Shown here piece after piece: positions 53,108-63,393 of a stretch of 64,000 nucleotides of DNA. The translations under genes and the position numbers were made by a program. Numbering within the stretch: the first letter of the stretch is position 1; the number at the start of each line of letters is the position of its first letter. This DNA is from an uncultured Spirochaetaceae bacterium. Lineage in GTDB: Bacteria > Spirochaetota > Spirochaetia > Treponematales > Treponemataceae. Where the stretch lies: positions 5,674-69,673 of the forward strand of contig CACXCG010000039.1 of assembly GCA_902766125.1 (NCBI GenBank). Direction: 5' to 3'. Under the pieces are notes generated by a model, which saw only the letters and a list, made by a program, of their open reading frames with translations, ran no database searches and was not told the origin of the DNA.

Positions 53108-53137
53108 TTGAAAAAACAAGGGGGCTTGCGGTATAAT
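53108..53137 (+). promoter_or_regulatory. Promoter: TTGAAA, N18, TATAAT for the hlyIII-family gene
   Basis: Hexamers at 53108-53113 and 53132-53137. A GAGGAG SD precedes the ATG at 53181. Confidence 0.5.
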
Positions 53138-53180
53138 AGAACATAATAGAAAAAAAGAGATTCTGTTTTGAGGAGTTAGT

Positions 53181-54044
53181 ATGGCAGATATTTCGGCACA
53201 GATTACCCGCAAGTCGCTTAAGGCAAAAAAGCGCTCGGCAATAAAAAACGTAAAAGCTCAGGCAAAAGAAAAAATCCGCGAAATAAAGATAGAGTATGAT
53301 GAAAATCCCGCCCGCAAACTGTCGCGCCAGAATGAAAAGGCTCAGCGTAAGGCATACCGCATGCAGCGCCGTAATGCACACATTGCTTACAATGCACGTC
53401 AGCCCCGTCTGTATACCATTGGCGAAGAACTGTTTAATTCTATCAGTCACGGAATTGGAGCAGGCTTAAGTGTTGCCGCTCTTGTTATTCTGATTGTTGC
53501 ATCCTGCACAAGAGCTCCCGCTTCGTTACTGCCCGTGTACATTGTGGCTGTTTCTCTGTTTGGTTCAGCATTATTTTTGATGTACATGATGTCGACACTG
53601 TATCATGCGCTGACTCCGTATGGTGCACGCAAAGTGTTTTCTATTCTTAACCACATTTCAATCTATCTGCTTATTGCTGCAAGCTACACACCGTTTGCAC
53701 TGATTACTGTTGGCGGAAAGCTTGGCTGGTGGATTTTTGGAATTGCATGGGCCTTTGCATTAGTCTTTACTGTTTTGTATTCGGTATTCGGTGCCCGTAT
53801 GAGAATGCAGTCTGTGTTAACGTATGTCGTTGCAGGTTGGCTGTTTGTTCTTATTCCCACCGTGCTTAAAACTACACCGCTTTCATCAACCTGTCTTGCC
53901 TTTATTTTTAGCGGCGGAACAGCATATACCGTTGGCTGTCTGTTCTATCTGATGAGAAAATACAAGTGGACCCACACTATTTTCCATCTGTTTGTTCTTG
54001 CTGGCAGTGTCCTGCACTTCTTTGCAGTACTGTCGATTATTTAA
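53181..54044 (+). CDS. Hemolysin-III / PAQR-family 7-TM protein with a basic N-terminal extension
   Basis: [13 protein letters not shown]...STLYHAL...[17 protein letters not shown]...[12 protein letters not shown]. Confidence 0.85.
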   Translation: MADISAQITRKSLKAKKRSAIKNVKAQAKEKIREIKIEYDENPARKLSRQNEKAQRKAYRMQRRNAHIAYNARQPRLYTIGEELFNSISHGIGAGLSVAALVILIVASCTRAPASLLPVYIVAVSLFGSALFLMYMMSTLYHALTPYGARKVFSILNHISIYLLIAASYTPFALITVGGKLGWWIFGIAWAFALVFTVLYSVFGARMRMQSVLTYVVAGWLFVLIPTVLKTTPLSSTCLAFIFSGGTAYTVGCLFYLMRKYKWTHTIFHLFVLAGSVLHFFAVLSII

Positions 54045-54068
54045 AATTGATTTCGGGGAGAGCTTGCA

Positions 54069-57000
54069 TTGGTTTGTAAAAAAGTTTTTTGTATAAATAT
54101 CAGCGCAGGTAGACGTCTCTGTCTTTTGGTAAGTGCTCTTTGTGTCTGTCTTTTTGTTTCCTGTGCAAACCCCTTTAGCGCTGACATTCCTGTCCGTTCG
54201 CATACCGTTCGCTTTGAAGGAACTATTCCCTCTGGTGCCTGCCCTGAGCAGATAGCGCGCAGTCTTATGCAAATGCAGACTTTTCGTTCTGCGCTTCCCG
54301 GTTTTAATTTTACTGCTGGTGCAGAAGGTGCAGTCGAATACTTTGCCGTTGCTTCCCCTGATGACAACAGCGGAGACCTTGACGGTGTGTTTGACGATGC
54401 AGACAGACCTAACGTTTTTGGCATAGAACTTGATGTAGATAAAGTCTGGACAATTACCTGCGGAATACGGCTTCAGGAAGATCATGACGTTATCATCATG
54501 CAGGATCAGATAGAGAATGTTACGGTTTCTCTTGGCGATTCTATTTTTACGCATACGTTTACGATTGTTCCCGTTGAAGAAGGAACAGGTTCAATTGAAC
54601 TTGATATTGATAAAGATGCTTCTGCTGCTGCAGTTTCAAGTATCAGTGCAAAATTGATTTCAAGTGACGGTACAGAAAGAAACCTGTTTTCAAACATAAC
54701 ATACAAAACCAGTGTTCCAACCTTACCACAGTGGGCACGCATACATGTAGAAAATCTTGCTTCTGGTTCCTACGAACTGATCATCAATTTTCTTTCAGCA
54801 AGTTCGTTTCCTTTGTTTACGACAGTACAGACAGTAAATGTGTTTAACGGCTGCAGTACCGACACCTGGGTAAGCGACGGAACAGCACTCATAAGTTCCG
54901 ATGGTATGAAGATTACTTCTGCACTTATTTCTCAGGCTTCGCGCAACACCTATTATGTTGGCGTAACCGGTGCTGTTGGTGCAGATGGAAATGCAGTAAC
55001 TCCTTCATCAGAAAATTCCGGCTCTCCGTATGCTCCGCTCAATGCTGTTGCTAATGCAATAAACCGCATAAAATCATTTGGTAACGGTGGTGACTATACC
55101 ATTTATATTTCTGGAACTGTTGCTGAAGCCGACATACAGATTCCTTCAGCCCTTAACCTGCAAAAAGCCTCGTCTATAACTATCTGCGGACTGCATGGAA
55201 AAGAAGAGGATGCAATAGATGCAGAACGCGATGGACGCTGCCTTAATATATCAACTGAAGTTCCGGTAATTATACGTGACTTAAAGATTACTAACGGATA
55301 TGTCCTCAATGAAGATGGTGCCGGAATCTATATGGGTTCAGAAACAGATGTAACGCTTGCAAGCGGTGCGTGGATAACGGGTAACAAAGCAGAAGGCAAT
55401 AATTCTGATGCAAGGGGCGGTGGTATATTCTGTTCCGGCGGAACGCTTACGCTTAAGTCGGGAAGTGTTGTCGGTTCTCCTGATGCAAACCGATATGCAC
55501 AATACGAGACCGGCAAGTGGGCCAACTATGCAGGAAGTGGCGGCGGTATTGCATTTGATTCCGGTACGGTTACGGTAGAACGCGGTGCAAAAGTTTCGTA
55601 TAATTTTGCAACATGGGGTGGAGGAATTTGTTGTCACAGCCGTGAAGGAATAACACTCGCCCGGGTTTTAAATATCAGCGGCGGTGAGATTTCTTACAAT
55701 GCTACCAGTCCAAGAGCAAATAAAGGACAGGCGGGAGAAAATAGAGATTACGGATGGTATTCATACGGCGGCGGATTATTTGTGTTCGAGTCAACGCTTA
55801 ACTTTACTTCGGGAACCATACATGACAATTACAGTTCTGACGGCGGCGGTGCAATTTTTGTGCAGGAAACGTCGAGCGCATTTATGTCCGGCGGTAGCAT
55901 ATACAACAATGCTTCGTATATGGGTCCCAATTTTAGTATGGATACTGCTGAAACCTGTAAAAAATGTGCAGAAATTCTTTTGTTTGATAACTGTACCTTT
56001 ACCATGACAGGCGGAACTCTTTCCTGCGATACTCAAGAAGAACGTGCAGTCTATTACAATGAAAGTGCAACCCCTATCAACTTTAAACTTGGCGGAGATG
56101 CAGTTATAAGTGAAAACTGTACCGTCTGTCTTAACGATTCAAAACCGCTAACAATCATCAGTAATCTTACTTCAACAGAATATGAAGAACATCCTGTTGT
56201 TATTGATGTTGACGGCGAAACTCATGGAGATGTTCTTGTTGTCTCTGATCCTGAAGCAGATATAAGTGCATACAAAGACTACTTTGTGCTTTCCGATTCG
56301 CTTATTGATCAGGATGATGAACTTAAACTTTCTGGCGACAAGAAAAAGCTGTTCCTTAACATACCCATCTGGGTTGCAGCAACAGAAGGAAGTTATGCTC
56401 CCTGTTCAAGAGCAGGAAATGATGGTAATGGAAAAGGAACAAAAGTAGAACCGTTTGCATCGCTTGCACGTGCTCGTGACTGGGTTATAGATAACGGCGA
56501 CTTGGAATGGACAATAAAAGTTGCAGGTGTGCTTACTGCTCCACAGGAAATAACAGACGCAGGTGATAATGCTGCAGCCATTTACATAGTCGGTGCAAAC
56601 GCACCTGATACAAATGGAAATCCGGTTGACGGCATTTGCACCGAAGCAGGAACTGCACTTTCTATTCCCGATGATTCAAACGATGGTCTTAAGGTTTATA
56701 TCAATAACCTAAAGATTACCGGAAAAAATGCAGAGCGTGGCGGCGGTTTGTGCATAGGATACGGCGCTAGTGGAGAGGATGAAAATCTTATAACCCTTAC
56801 GCTTGGTGACGGTGCGCTTGTAACCGGCTGTACTGCAACGATGTCTGGTGGCGGTGTGTATATTAAAAAGAGCACGCTGTATGTGACCGGGAATGCGCGT
56901 ATTACAGACTGTCAGGTAACAACAATAGATGAAGAAAATCAGCTTAGCTATTGTGGCGGCGGAATTTATGATTCTGATTCTACCGTGTATATACAGGATG

Positions 57001-59768
57001 ATGCTATTGTAAGCGGAAATAAATCAACTGGCAGGGCCGGTGGAATTCTTACAACAGGTAGTCTTTTTATAAGCGGTAATGCATGTATCGGGGAACGTTC
57101 AGGAACAGCCGCGACTTCAAAAGATTACAGCAGTAACAGTGCCCTAATCGGAGGCGGTATTTATGCCTTCAATTCTGGTGCAACTGTCTGGATTGGTTAC
57201 ACTGCACAAAATGTTTCTGATCCGGATGCAACCTGTACTATTTCCTATAACTATGCGACTGGAAATGATGAAGATACATACGGCGGCGGCGGTATTGCTG
57301 TTAGCGCTAGTGCCAAATGTTACATGGCTTCTGGTTCCATTGAACATAACGGATCTGCAAGTTACGGCGGCGGACTGTATATGGCAGAAACCCAGGGAAA
57401 ATTCTATTTCAGCGGCGGAACAATAAAATCTAACGCAGCAGCTTTGTACGGTGGCGGTATCTGTTCAAGGAACGGTACCTGTTATATGTACGGCACTGCA
57501 ACTGTAGGCGGTTCTGAGTCTGCAGATAAAAATACTGCAGCTAATGGCGGCGGAGTTGCCCTAATTCTTAACGGCAATCTGTTTATGGGCAGAAAAGATA
57601 ATGATGTTCAAATTGCTTTTACTGGCGGCGTAATCGGAAACCAGGCAAGTGAATATGGCGGCGGTGTTTATGTTTCTCAAGGCAATTTAAACATGTACCG
57701 AGGAACTCTTTCTTCAAATTCAGCACCCATTGGAGCCGGTATACGGCTTGTAAGTGACAGTGGAGCAAAAGCGCTTTTAAAAGGCGGAACCATCAGCGGC
57801 AATAACAACACAAACACTGATTTTGCAGGCGGTGCAGTCTGCTCTGCCGGTTCGTTAACGTTATCGGGAAGTATTTCAATTCCGTACGGAAACGGTAAAG
57901 GTAAAAATGATGTGTCCTATATATCGGAACGACTTCCTCAGATAGGTGAGTTTACAAATGTGACTTCCGGACAAAAGGTTGTAACCCTTGCTCCCCCGGT
58001 ATATCAGCGGAAATTAGAGGCAGTTGAACCGCAGACAGGGCTGGAATATGCTCAGTTTGAAGAAGCGGTTTCGCATATAGCAGTTGCATCTGATGGTGAC
58101 GGAAACGGATGGGAAATTTATTACTACAGCAATACCGGTAAGGCAAAACTGCAGCCTGCAGGATGGACTCCTCAGACAGCATATTATGTTTCATCAACAG
58201 GAACTACAGGCGGTTCTGGTACACAGACTTCTCCGGTTGATTCGATTTCAACTGCAATTGGTTTAATTGTTGATCAGGATTACAAAACTAACTACACCAT
58301 TTACATTGACGGAACCATAAGTTCTGCACAGACTGTTTCCAGTACCCTCACAACAGATTATGCTGCAATGCTTACGATAGCCGGTACAAACAGCGGCTGT
58401 ATAGATTTGAACGGAGCAAACGGAACTGCGCTTTCTGTAACAGGTACATCGGTTCCGGTTACCATCAGGACGCTTACCCTTAAGCGTGCAGGTAACAGTT
58501 CAAATTGTGCGGACAACGGCGGCGGTCTGTATGTAGAGGATGCAGACGTAACGCTGGGTAATGGCGGTTCCAGCGGTGAGGTTAATATAACCGGAAACTA
58601 TGCTCAGTATGGCGGCGGTGTGTATTCTACCGGAACGCTTACCATTACAAGCTATGTAACCATAAGCGGAAATACTGCGCTTGGTTCAGCTGGCGGTTTG
58701 TTTGCTGGCGGAACGGTAAATATGAAAGCTGGTGAGATCCGCAATAATACCGGTACATATGGCGTTTATGTTCCGTCAACCGGCATTTTTACAATGAGCG
58801 GCGGATCTATCGGTAATAACTCAAGTAGTGAAGTTTATGTTTATAACGGAAGGTTTAAGCTGAAAGATTCTGCATATATTTATGGCGGAGCACTGGAACT
58901 GCCAAATCTTGATACGATTACTATTGCAGGAAAACTGGATCTTCCGTCAGCGGCAAACGGTCTTGCTGCAAAAATTAAATTTCAGTCTTATGTTGAAAAC
59001 ACACAGGTTCTTGTACTTGAATCAAACCCAGATCCTTCTACATCAATTGGTGACGAATACTATAAATTCCGGTTATGGGATGATGCTTATAAAATCAATA
59101 GTACCGGATATATCGAAGAAGCTATTGTTGAACAATCCTGCGGAACACTTGATGAAATAGTTACTGCCATCAATTCTATGTCTCCGGGAGATAAACTGGT
59201 TATTACCCTGACAGCTAATATAACTGCAAGTACAACAAGCGAATCAACTCCGGCTCTTTCAATACCGTCTAATGCAAACGTTGTATTAAAGGCTGCTTCA
59301 GAAAAGAAAATTACCTTCCCTAATTCCAGTGACTTGGGTTTCGGTGATTATAATTTTATTAAGGTAGAACGCGGTGCAAAGCTGACCTTAGAAAGCGGTA
59401 TTACGCTGCAGGGTGCATCTTATGGTAATGCATGTGTACACCCTGTTTATGTAGATAACGGTGCAGAACTTGTTATGGAAACAGGATCAAAAATTACTGG
59501 TTTCTATAATAACGGAAATGGAGGAGTGTACGTAAATAGAGGTACATTTACTATGAATGGCGGTACGCTCTCTTATGGTAAGGCAAGGTATGGTTTTGCA
59601 GTTTATCTTGTAAATGGAACATTTAACTTTAATGACGGTACTATAACAGATTTTTATTGCATAAGTTCTTCTTATGGCTACTGGATAGACGGCAGCGGTA
59701 CTATGAACTCTAGGGTATCAGTGAGCTCTGGAATTGTAAGTCCCGATTTAACATATAATCAAAACTGA
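54069..59768 (+). CDS. Giant (1899-aa) lipoprotein made of four tandem right-handed parallel beta-helix modules with Pmp-type GG[AG][ILV] repeats
   Basis: A TTG start lies 6 nt after GGGGAGAG. The lipobox is LFVSC. There are about 20 motifs such as YGGGLF, RGGGIF, SGGGVY, NGGGLY and SAGGLF. There is no C-terminal beta-barrel domain. Confidence 0.8.
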   Translation: MVCKKVFCINISAGRRLCLLVSALCVCLFVSCANPFSADIPVRSHTVRFEGTIPSGACPEQIARSLMQMQTFRSALPGFNFTAGAEGAVEYFAVASPDDNSGDLDGVFDDADRPNVFGIELDVDKVWTITCGIRLQEDHDVIIMQDQIENVTVSLGDSIFTHTFTIVPVEEGTGSIELDIDKDASAAAVSSISAKLISSDGTERNLFSNITYKTSVPTLPQWARIHVENLASGSYELIINFLSASSFPLFTTVQTVNVFNGCSTDTWVSDGTALISSDGMKITSALISQASRNTYYVGVTGAVGADGNAVTPSSENSGSPYAPLNAVANAINRIKSFGNGGDYTIYISGTVAEADIQIPSALNLQKASSITICGLHGKEEDAIDAERDGRCLNISTEVPVIIRDLKITNGYVLNEDGAGIYMGSETDVTLASGAWITGNKAEGNNSDARGGGIFCSGGTLTLKSGSVVGSPDANRYAQYETGKWANYAGSGGGIAFDSGTVTVERGAKVSYNFATWGGGICCHSREGITLARVLNISGGEISYNATSPRANKGQAGENRDYGWYSYGGGLFVFESTLNFTSGTIHDNYSSDGGGAIFVQETSSAFMSGGSIYNNASYMGPNFSMDTAETCKKCAEILLFDNCTFTMTGGTLSCDTQEERAVYYNESATPINFKLGGDAVISENCTVCLNDSKPLTIISNLTSTEYEEHPVVIDVDGETHGDVLVVSDPEADISAYKDYFVLSDSLIDQDDELKLSGDKKKLFLNIPIWVAATEGSYAPCSRAGNDGNGKGTKVEPFASLARARDWVIDNGDLEWTIKVAGVLTAPQEITDAGDNAAAIYIVGANAPDTNGNPVDGICTEAGTALSIPDDSNDGLKVYINNLKITGKNAERGGGLCIGYGASGEDENLITLTLGDGALVTGCTATMSGGGVYIKKSTLYVTGNARITDCQVTTIDEENQLSYCGGGIYDSDSTVYIQDDAIVSGNKSTGRAGGILTTGSLFISGNACIGERSGTAATSKDYSSNSALIGGGIYAFNSGATVWIGYTAQNVSDPDATCTISYNYATGNDEDTYGGGGIAVSASAKCYMASGSIEHNGSASYGGGLYMAETQGKFYFSGGTIKSNAAALYGGGICSRNGTCYMYGTATVGGSESADKNTAANGGGVALILNGNLFMGRKDNDVQIAFTGGVIGNQASEYGGGVYVSQGNLNMYRGTLSSNSAPIGAGIRLVSDSGAKALLKGGTISGNNNTNTDFAGGAVCSAGSLTLSGSISIPYGNGKGKNDVSYISERLPQIGEFTNVTSGQKVVTLAPPVYQRKLEAVEPQTGLEYAQFEEAVSHIAVASDGDGNGWEIYYYSNTGKAKLQPAGWTPQTAYYVSSTGTTGGSGTQTSPVDSISTAIGLIVDQDYKTNYTIYIDGTISSAQTVSSTLTTDYAAMLTIAGTNSGCIDLNGANGTALSVTGTSVPVTIRTLTLKRAGNSSNCADNGGGLYVEDADVTLGNGGSSGEVNITGNYAQYGGGVYSTGTLTITSYVTISGNTALGSAGGLFAGGTVNMKAGEIRNNTGTYGVYVPSTGIFTMSGGSIGNNSSSEVYVYNGRFKLKDSAYIYGGALELPNLDTITIAGKLDLPSAANGLAAKIKFQSYVENTQVLVLESNPDPSTSIGDEYYKFRLWDDAYKINSTGYIEEAIVEQSCGTLDEIVTAINSMSPGDKLVITLTANITASTTSESTPALSIPSNANVVLKAASEKKITFPNSSDLGFGDYNFIKVERGAKLTLESGITLQGASYGNACVHPVYVDNGAELVMETGSKITGFYNNGNGGVYVNRGTFTMNGGTLSYGKARYGFAVYLVNGTFNFNDGTITDFYCISSSYGYWIDGSGTMNSRVSVSSGIVSPDLTYNQN

Positions 59769-59802
59769 TGTGTGATACAGATTCAAAATAAATCACTTTC
59801 AC

Positions 59803-59838
59803 AAAAAAAAAGAGGAACTCGTGTGAGTTCCTCTTTTC
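59803..59838. terminator. Bidirectional Rho-independent terminator shared by convergent genes
   Basis: An A9 run, the stem AGAGGAACTC / GAGTTCCTCT with loop GTGT, then a T4 run. Confidence 0.8.
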
Positions 59839-59853
59839 TGTCTTTCGTATGTG

Positions 59854-61215
59854 TCAGAAACTTCCGCCGCCTAAGGTTGCGGTCAGTTTAAACGATACGT
59901 CAGGGTTTGTAGAAAACGACTGCCAGGTAAAGTAGGGGCCTGCAGAAACAGAAATGTTTTTTACCGGATTGTATGAAAGACTTGCAGAAGCAATGACTGA
60001 ATACGGCATAAAAGCTATTCCGTTTGTTGCAAGGGTAAGGTAGCTGTTACTTGCGCTTGCATTGCTCATGTCAACAGCATCTTTGTTAAAGTAGAACAGC
60101 CCCATAAGGTTTGCAGAAAGTTTTTCTGTTCCTACTTTAGAAAACAGTACGGTCAGTGCAAGGTTGTTTCCGTATGATAAATACTGATGATCATCTTTGT
60201 TGCTGTCAAACAGATACTGAGCCATTACGGTTATCTGCGGATCTTTCCAGGTGTATGATGTACCAGCAGTTGCCTGAACGGTAAAGGTTTTATCTTCCCA
60301 GCTGTCTGCGTCTGCACTCCATTCTGTCTGAGTTCCGTACTGTAATACGGTTTCGCAAAAGACTGCAACTTTTCCGCTAAAGAGGCTTCCGCTTGCGGTA
60401 AACATTACTTTTGGTGCAGTCTGATATTTGTACAGTGCTCCGGCTCCCAGTTCCCAGCCACCGACAACAAATTCACCTTTTGCAGCAAGAGCAGTGTCCC
60501 GTGCGTTTCCGCTTGAAGCAGGAACGATGTATGCCCACAGACAGTTTTGTGTTCCAGGGAATACAATCTGTGCGCGAAGGTTAAGGGCTCCGTTTACCTG
60601 TGCAGTCGGATTTTCAGGATCAACTGCAGAAGAGTTTATCATGTCGCTTACGGGACTGAAGAAGTAGCCGGTTCCCCATGAGACAGTGTGCTGTCCAAAA
60701 CGGAAGAACACTCTGTCTGCAACAGAAAAGTCTGTAAACAGTTCCTTTACATAGAACGTTCCGAAAGAACCTAGAGGGATGTAGGGGATTGAAAACATTC
60801 CCAATGGAATTTCCGGAATTGCAACTGCCTGCTGATACGGATACTTCCAGCCAAACTTAGTGTACAAACGTAAGTTCTGAGTGGGACGTGCATCTACATA
60901 CAACAGTGCATCTGCAGTCGGAGTGAGTGTTGATGAATAGATGTTGTCTCCCAGTGATGTGTCCGAACTGTCAGCCACATACAGAGGAACTATAAGCCCC
61001 AGAGAAGTGTCAATAGAACCGCCTAACTTTACGCTTCCGTTTTCAAACAGAACGCCGTGCTTTAAGTCGCTTGAACTGCTGCTGTTTTCTGAAGTGGTAA
61101 CTACTACATCATCTGCAAACAGATCATCATCAAAGAAAAAATCATCGTCACTCTGTGCACAGACGGCAACAATGCTCATCAATGCACACAGCGCGCTTAG
61201 GCAAAGTTTTTTCAT
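59854..61215 (-). CDS. Predicted outer-membrane beta-barrel protein, family unknown
   Basis: The signal peptide is MKKLCLSALCALMSIVAVCAQS, followed by an acidic/aromatic linker DDDFFFDDDLFADD. An alternating amphipathic pattern runs throughout. The C-terminus ends ...LTATLGGGSF with a terminal Phe. Confidence 0.65.
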   Translation of the reverse strand: MKKLCLSALCALMSIVAVCAQSDDDFFFDDDLFADDVVVTTSENSSSSSDLKHGVLFENGSVKLGGSIDTSLGLIVPLYVADSSDTSLGDNIYSSTLTPTADALLYVDARPTQNLRLYTKFGWKYPYQQAVAIPEIPLGMFSIPYIPLGSFGTFYVKELFTDFSVADRVFFRFGQHTVSWGTGYFFSPVSDMINSSAVDPENPTAQVNGALNLRAQIVFPGTQNCLWAYIVPASSGNARDTALAAKGEFVVGGWELGAGALYKYQTAPKVMFTASGSLFSGKVAVFCETVLQYGTQTEWSADADSWEDKTFTVQATAGTSYTWKDPQITVMAQYLFDSNKDDHQYLSYGNNLALTVLFSKVGTEKLSANLMGLFYFNKDAVDMSNASASNSYLTLATNGIAFMPYSVIASASLSYNPVKNISVSAGPYFTWQSFSTNPDVSFKLTATLGGGSF

Positions 61216-61982
61216 CAGTTCAATCCCTCAAGATATGCCTTGGTAAAAATGGTATCTGGCAGGCGGTCAAAGGTCAGATCAGAAATCATCTGCTGAGTTG
61301 TTTCGCCCGGATTCAGTTCATCGCGCAAAATAATCTGTGTGGGAACATAGCCTGCGGGAACTTTTGCCCATTTGGGATACAGTGTGGTACGCATAAGGCG
61401 TCCTGAGCCGGAATAATCTTCCTGCTTCAAAACAAGAGCAATGTCTTTGCGAATGTAATAGGTTGTGCGTGCATACGAAGGTTTTGATGTTTTTGCTTCA
61501 AGTGTAATGATGTATACAGCCTGTTTACCCAACATACCTTCTTCAAAAGAAGCAACTGTATAGTTGTCTCTCCAGTGAGTGTCACTTTGATTTAAGTCGT
61601 CAAGATTTACATCAGAGTCGCCTACTGCTTCTTTGAGTGAAGTGTGCGTAAACTTGCGTCCAATCGGATCGTATGCCCAGATGTTGTCTCCGTCGCGCAG
61701 ATAACCCTTACCTTTGTCTGCTTCAGGAAGCAGTTGAACCATAGTCATTAAATCGCTGTCGGTTCTTTCGAAAATTTTAAACCTAAGGCTTTCGTCTGGT
61801 TCACCCGGTTTTTGAATCAGGAGCGAAACTGTTGCAGAATAGTCGCCGTGATAGGCAAGAACTTTATCCGCAGCTTCCATTGTTTTGAATGCTTGTTCTG
61901 CGGTAGCGGCACTAACGCTTTGTGCAATTGCAGCAGTGCAGAGGGTGAGTGCAAGACCTAATGAAAGTAAAAGTTTTTTCAT
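61215..61982 (-). CDS. LolA-like 'outer-membrane lipoprotein-sorting' family protein (periplasmic)
   Basis: The signal peptide is MKKLLLSLGLALTLCTAAIAQS. DYSATVSLLIQKPGEPDESLRFKIFER...LLPEADKGKGYLRDGDNIWAYDPIGRKFTHTS...GDSDVNLDDL matches my recollection of the LolA_like family pattern. Its stop overlaps the OMP start (TGATG). Confidence 0.65.
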   Translation of the reverse strand: MKKLLLSLGLALTLCTAAIAQSVSAATAEQAFKTMEAADKVLAYHGDYSATVSLLIQKPGEPDESLRFKIFERTDSDLMTMVQLLPEADKGKGYLRDGDNIWAYDPIGRKFTHTSLKEAVGDSDVNLDDLNQSDTHWRDNYTVASFEEGMLGKQAVYIITLEAKTSKPSYARTTYYIRKDIALVLKQEDYSGSGRLMRTTLYPKWAKVPAGYVPTQIILRDELNPGETTQQMISDLTFDRLPDTIFTKAYLEGLN

Positions 61983-62037
61983 GTTGCTTCTCCTAAAAAT
62001 ATATTCCATAAATGAAAACACACAAAAGGTGTTTCTG

Positions 62038-63381
62038 TTACTTAATAGTACGCAAAGCTTGAGCTGGTGTCATTTTTGCAGCTTTTTTAGCACTTCCTCG
62101 TACTGCCAATGCGGTAAGCACAATCAGCAGAATGTACTGGGCAATAATTGCTCCTGCTGACAGTTTATAGCTTATGTGACCGTTACGTAAGAAGAACGAA
62201 ACTGCTTCGTTTTTAATAGTGAAGGTTCCCAAAATAGACATAACTACAAGTGCAAGAATTAAACCTGCAATTGCTCCTATAATACACAGAATAACTGCTT
62301 CTGTTGTAAAGAGTCTGCCAGCTGCTTTTCCCTGCATGCCTAATGCGCGCATGGTTCCCACTTCACGAATGCGTTCGTACAGAATCATGCGGTAGGTGTT
62401 TGAAATGCCTACCATAACAATCAGCAGAATGACAATCAGGATGATGTATGTTACCAGATGAACAATAGTCATAACCTGCTGCAGCTGAGGAACTTCATCG
62501 TCAAAGGTTTCAACGCCGTACTTTACGCCTTCCCACTGCTGTTCGCGGGCCGTAAGCTGTTTTTCAAGTGCAGTACCCGGGTTTGTCGGATTTGCTGCAA
62601 TGGCTTCCATGCGGTTAGTAACAGGAACTCCATCTTCACGGATGCGTTCTTCAATTGCATCTGCAACTGCTGCTGACTCTCGTTCGTTCTTTAAGTAGAT
62701 GGTAAAGGTGTCGTATCCGCCCTGGGGAATTTCAATCAGTTCGTTAAGCGATTCAATGTCAACGTAAGCAATTAAACCGCTCATAAAACTGTTTCCCTTG
62801 ATGATGGCAGAAACGGTAAATTCACCGACAGTGTTCTGGCCGTAGATGGTTGATGTAGTAAACAGAACTGTGTCTCCGGGAACAATGTTGAGCGTGTCTG
62901 CCATGGTTTCACTTACGATAATGTTTTTGGGTTTAGCAAAGTTTTCTTTTGAACCTGAAACTATCTGGAGTGAATCGAGCAGGTCTTTGTCGTTTATAAG
63001 ATCGCGTCCTGTTACATTTGCAAGTGCTTTCTTTCCGTTGAACAGAATGGTACCGCTCATCATGGAATACTGAGAAAGTGTTTCGTAGTTAATATGCAAA
63101 TCTTCTACAACGTTGCGAATGTAGTCGTGGTCACGAATGATGTTAACCAACTGACCTTTGTCTTTTTCGTTTTCAGGTGGAAGTTTTTCCAAACCCTGAA
63201 TTAGTACTGTTCCCCCTACCAACTGGGTAAGCTGTCTGCGCAAATTTTCTACTGCTCCAGAAGCAAGACCGTCAATTGCGGTTACGACAAAAAATCCGAA
63301 TGCAATTGCAATGGCAAGAATAACACTGCGCCTTTTTTGACGCGTTAAGTTTCTTAGTGCAAGTGTAATAATTTCTTTCAT
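62038..63381 (-). CDS. FtsX/MacB/LolC-type ABC transporter permease (TM1, large periplasmic domain, TM2-4)
   Basis: The N-terminus is LALRNLTRQKRRSVILAIAIAFGFFVV. The C-terminus is REVGTMRALGMQ...AAKMTPAQALRTIK. Confidence 0.85.
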   Translation of the reverse strand: MKEIITLALRNLTRQKRRSVILAIAIAFGFFVVTAIDGLASGAVENLRRQLTQLVGGTVLIQGLEKLPPENEKDKGQLVNIIRDHDYIRNVVEDLHINYETLSQYSMMSGTILFNGKKALANVTGRDLINDKDLLDSLQIVSGSKENFAKPKNIIVSETMADTLNIVPGDTVLFTTSTIYGQNTVGEFTVSAIIKGNSFMSGLIAYVDIESLNELIEIPQGGYDTFTIYLKNERESAAVADAIEERIREDGVPVTNRMEAIAANPTNPGTALEKQLTAREQQWEGVKYGVETFDDEVPQLQQVMTIVHLVTYIILIVILLIVMVGISNTYRMILYERIREVGTMRALGMQGKAAGRLFTTEAVILCIIGAIAGLILALVVMSILGTFTIKNEAVSFFLRNGHISYKLSAGAIIAQYILLIVLTALAVRGSAKKAAKMTPAQALRTIK

Positions 63382-63393
63382 CTTTTGCTCTCC

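Noticed and set aside
53886-54554. 222-aa minus-strand ORF spanning the hlyIII 3' end and the start of the giant lipoprotein gene
   Set aside because: It overlaps two well-supported plus-strand genes. It is K/R/T-rich with no recognisable domain, and no promoter or SD is visible.
54069-59768. Type V (autotransporter) classification of the giant Pmp-repeat protein
   Set aside because: There is no C-terminal region resembling a 12-strand translocator barrel, and the sequence ends in beta-helix-like repeats. The N-terminus has a lipobox rather than an extended autotransporter signal.
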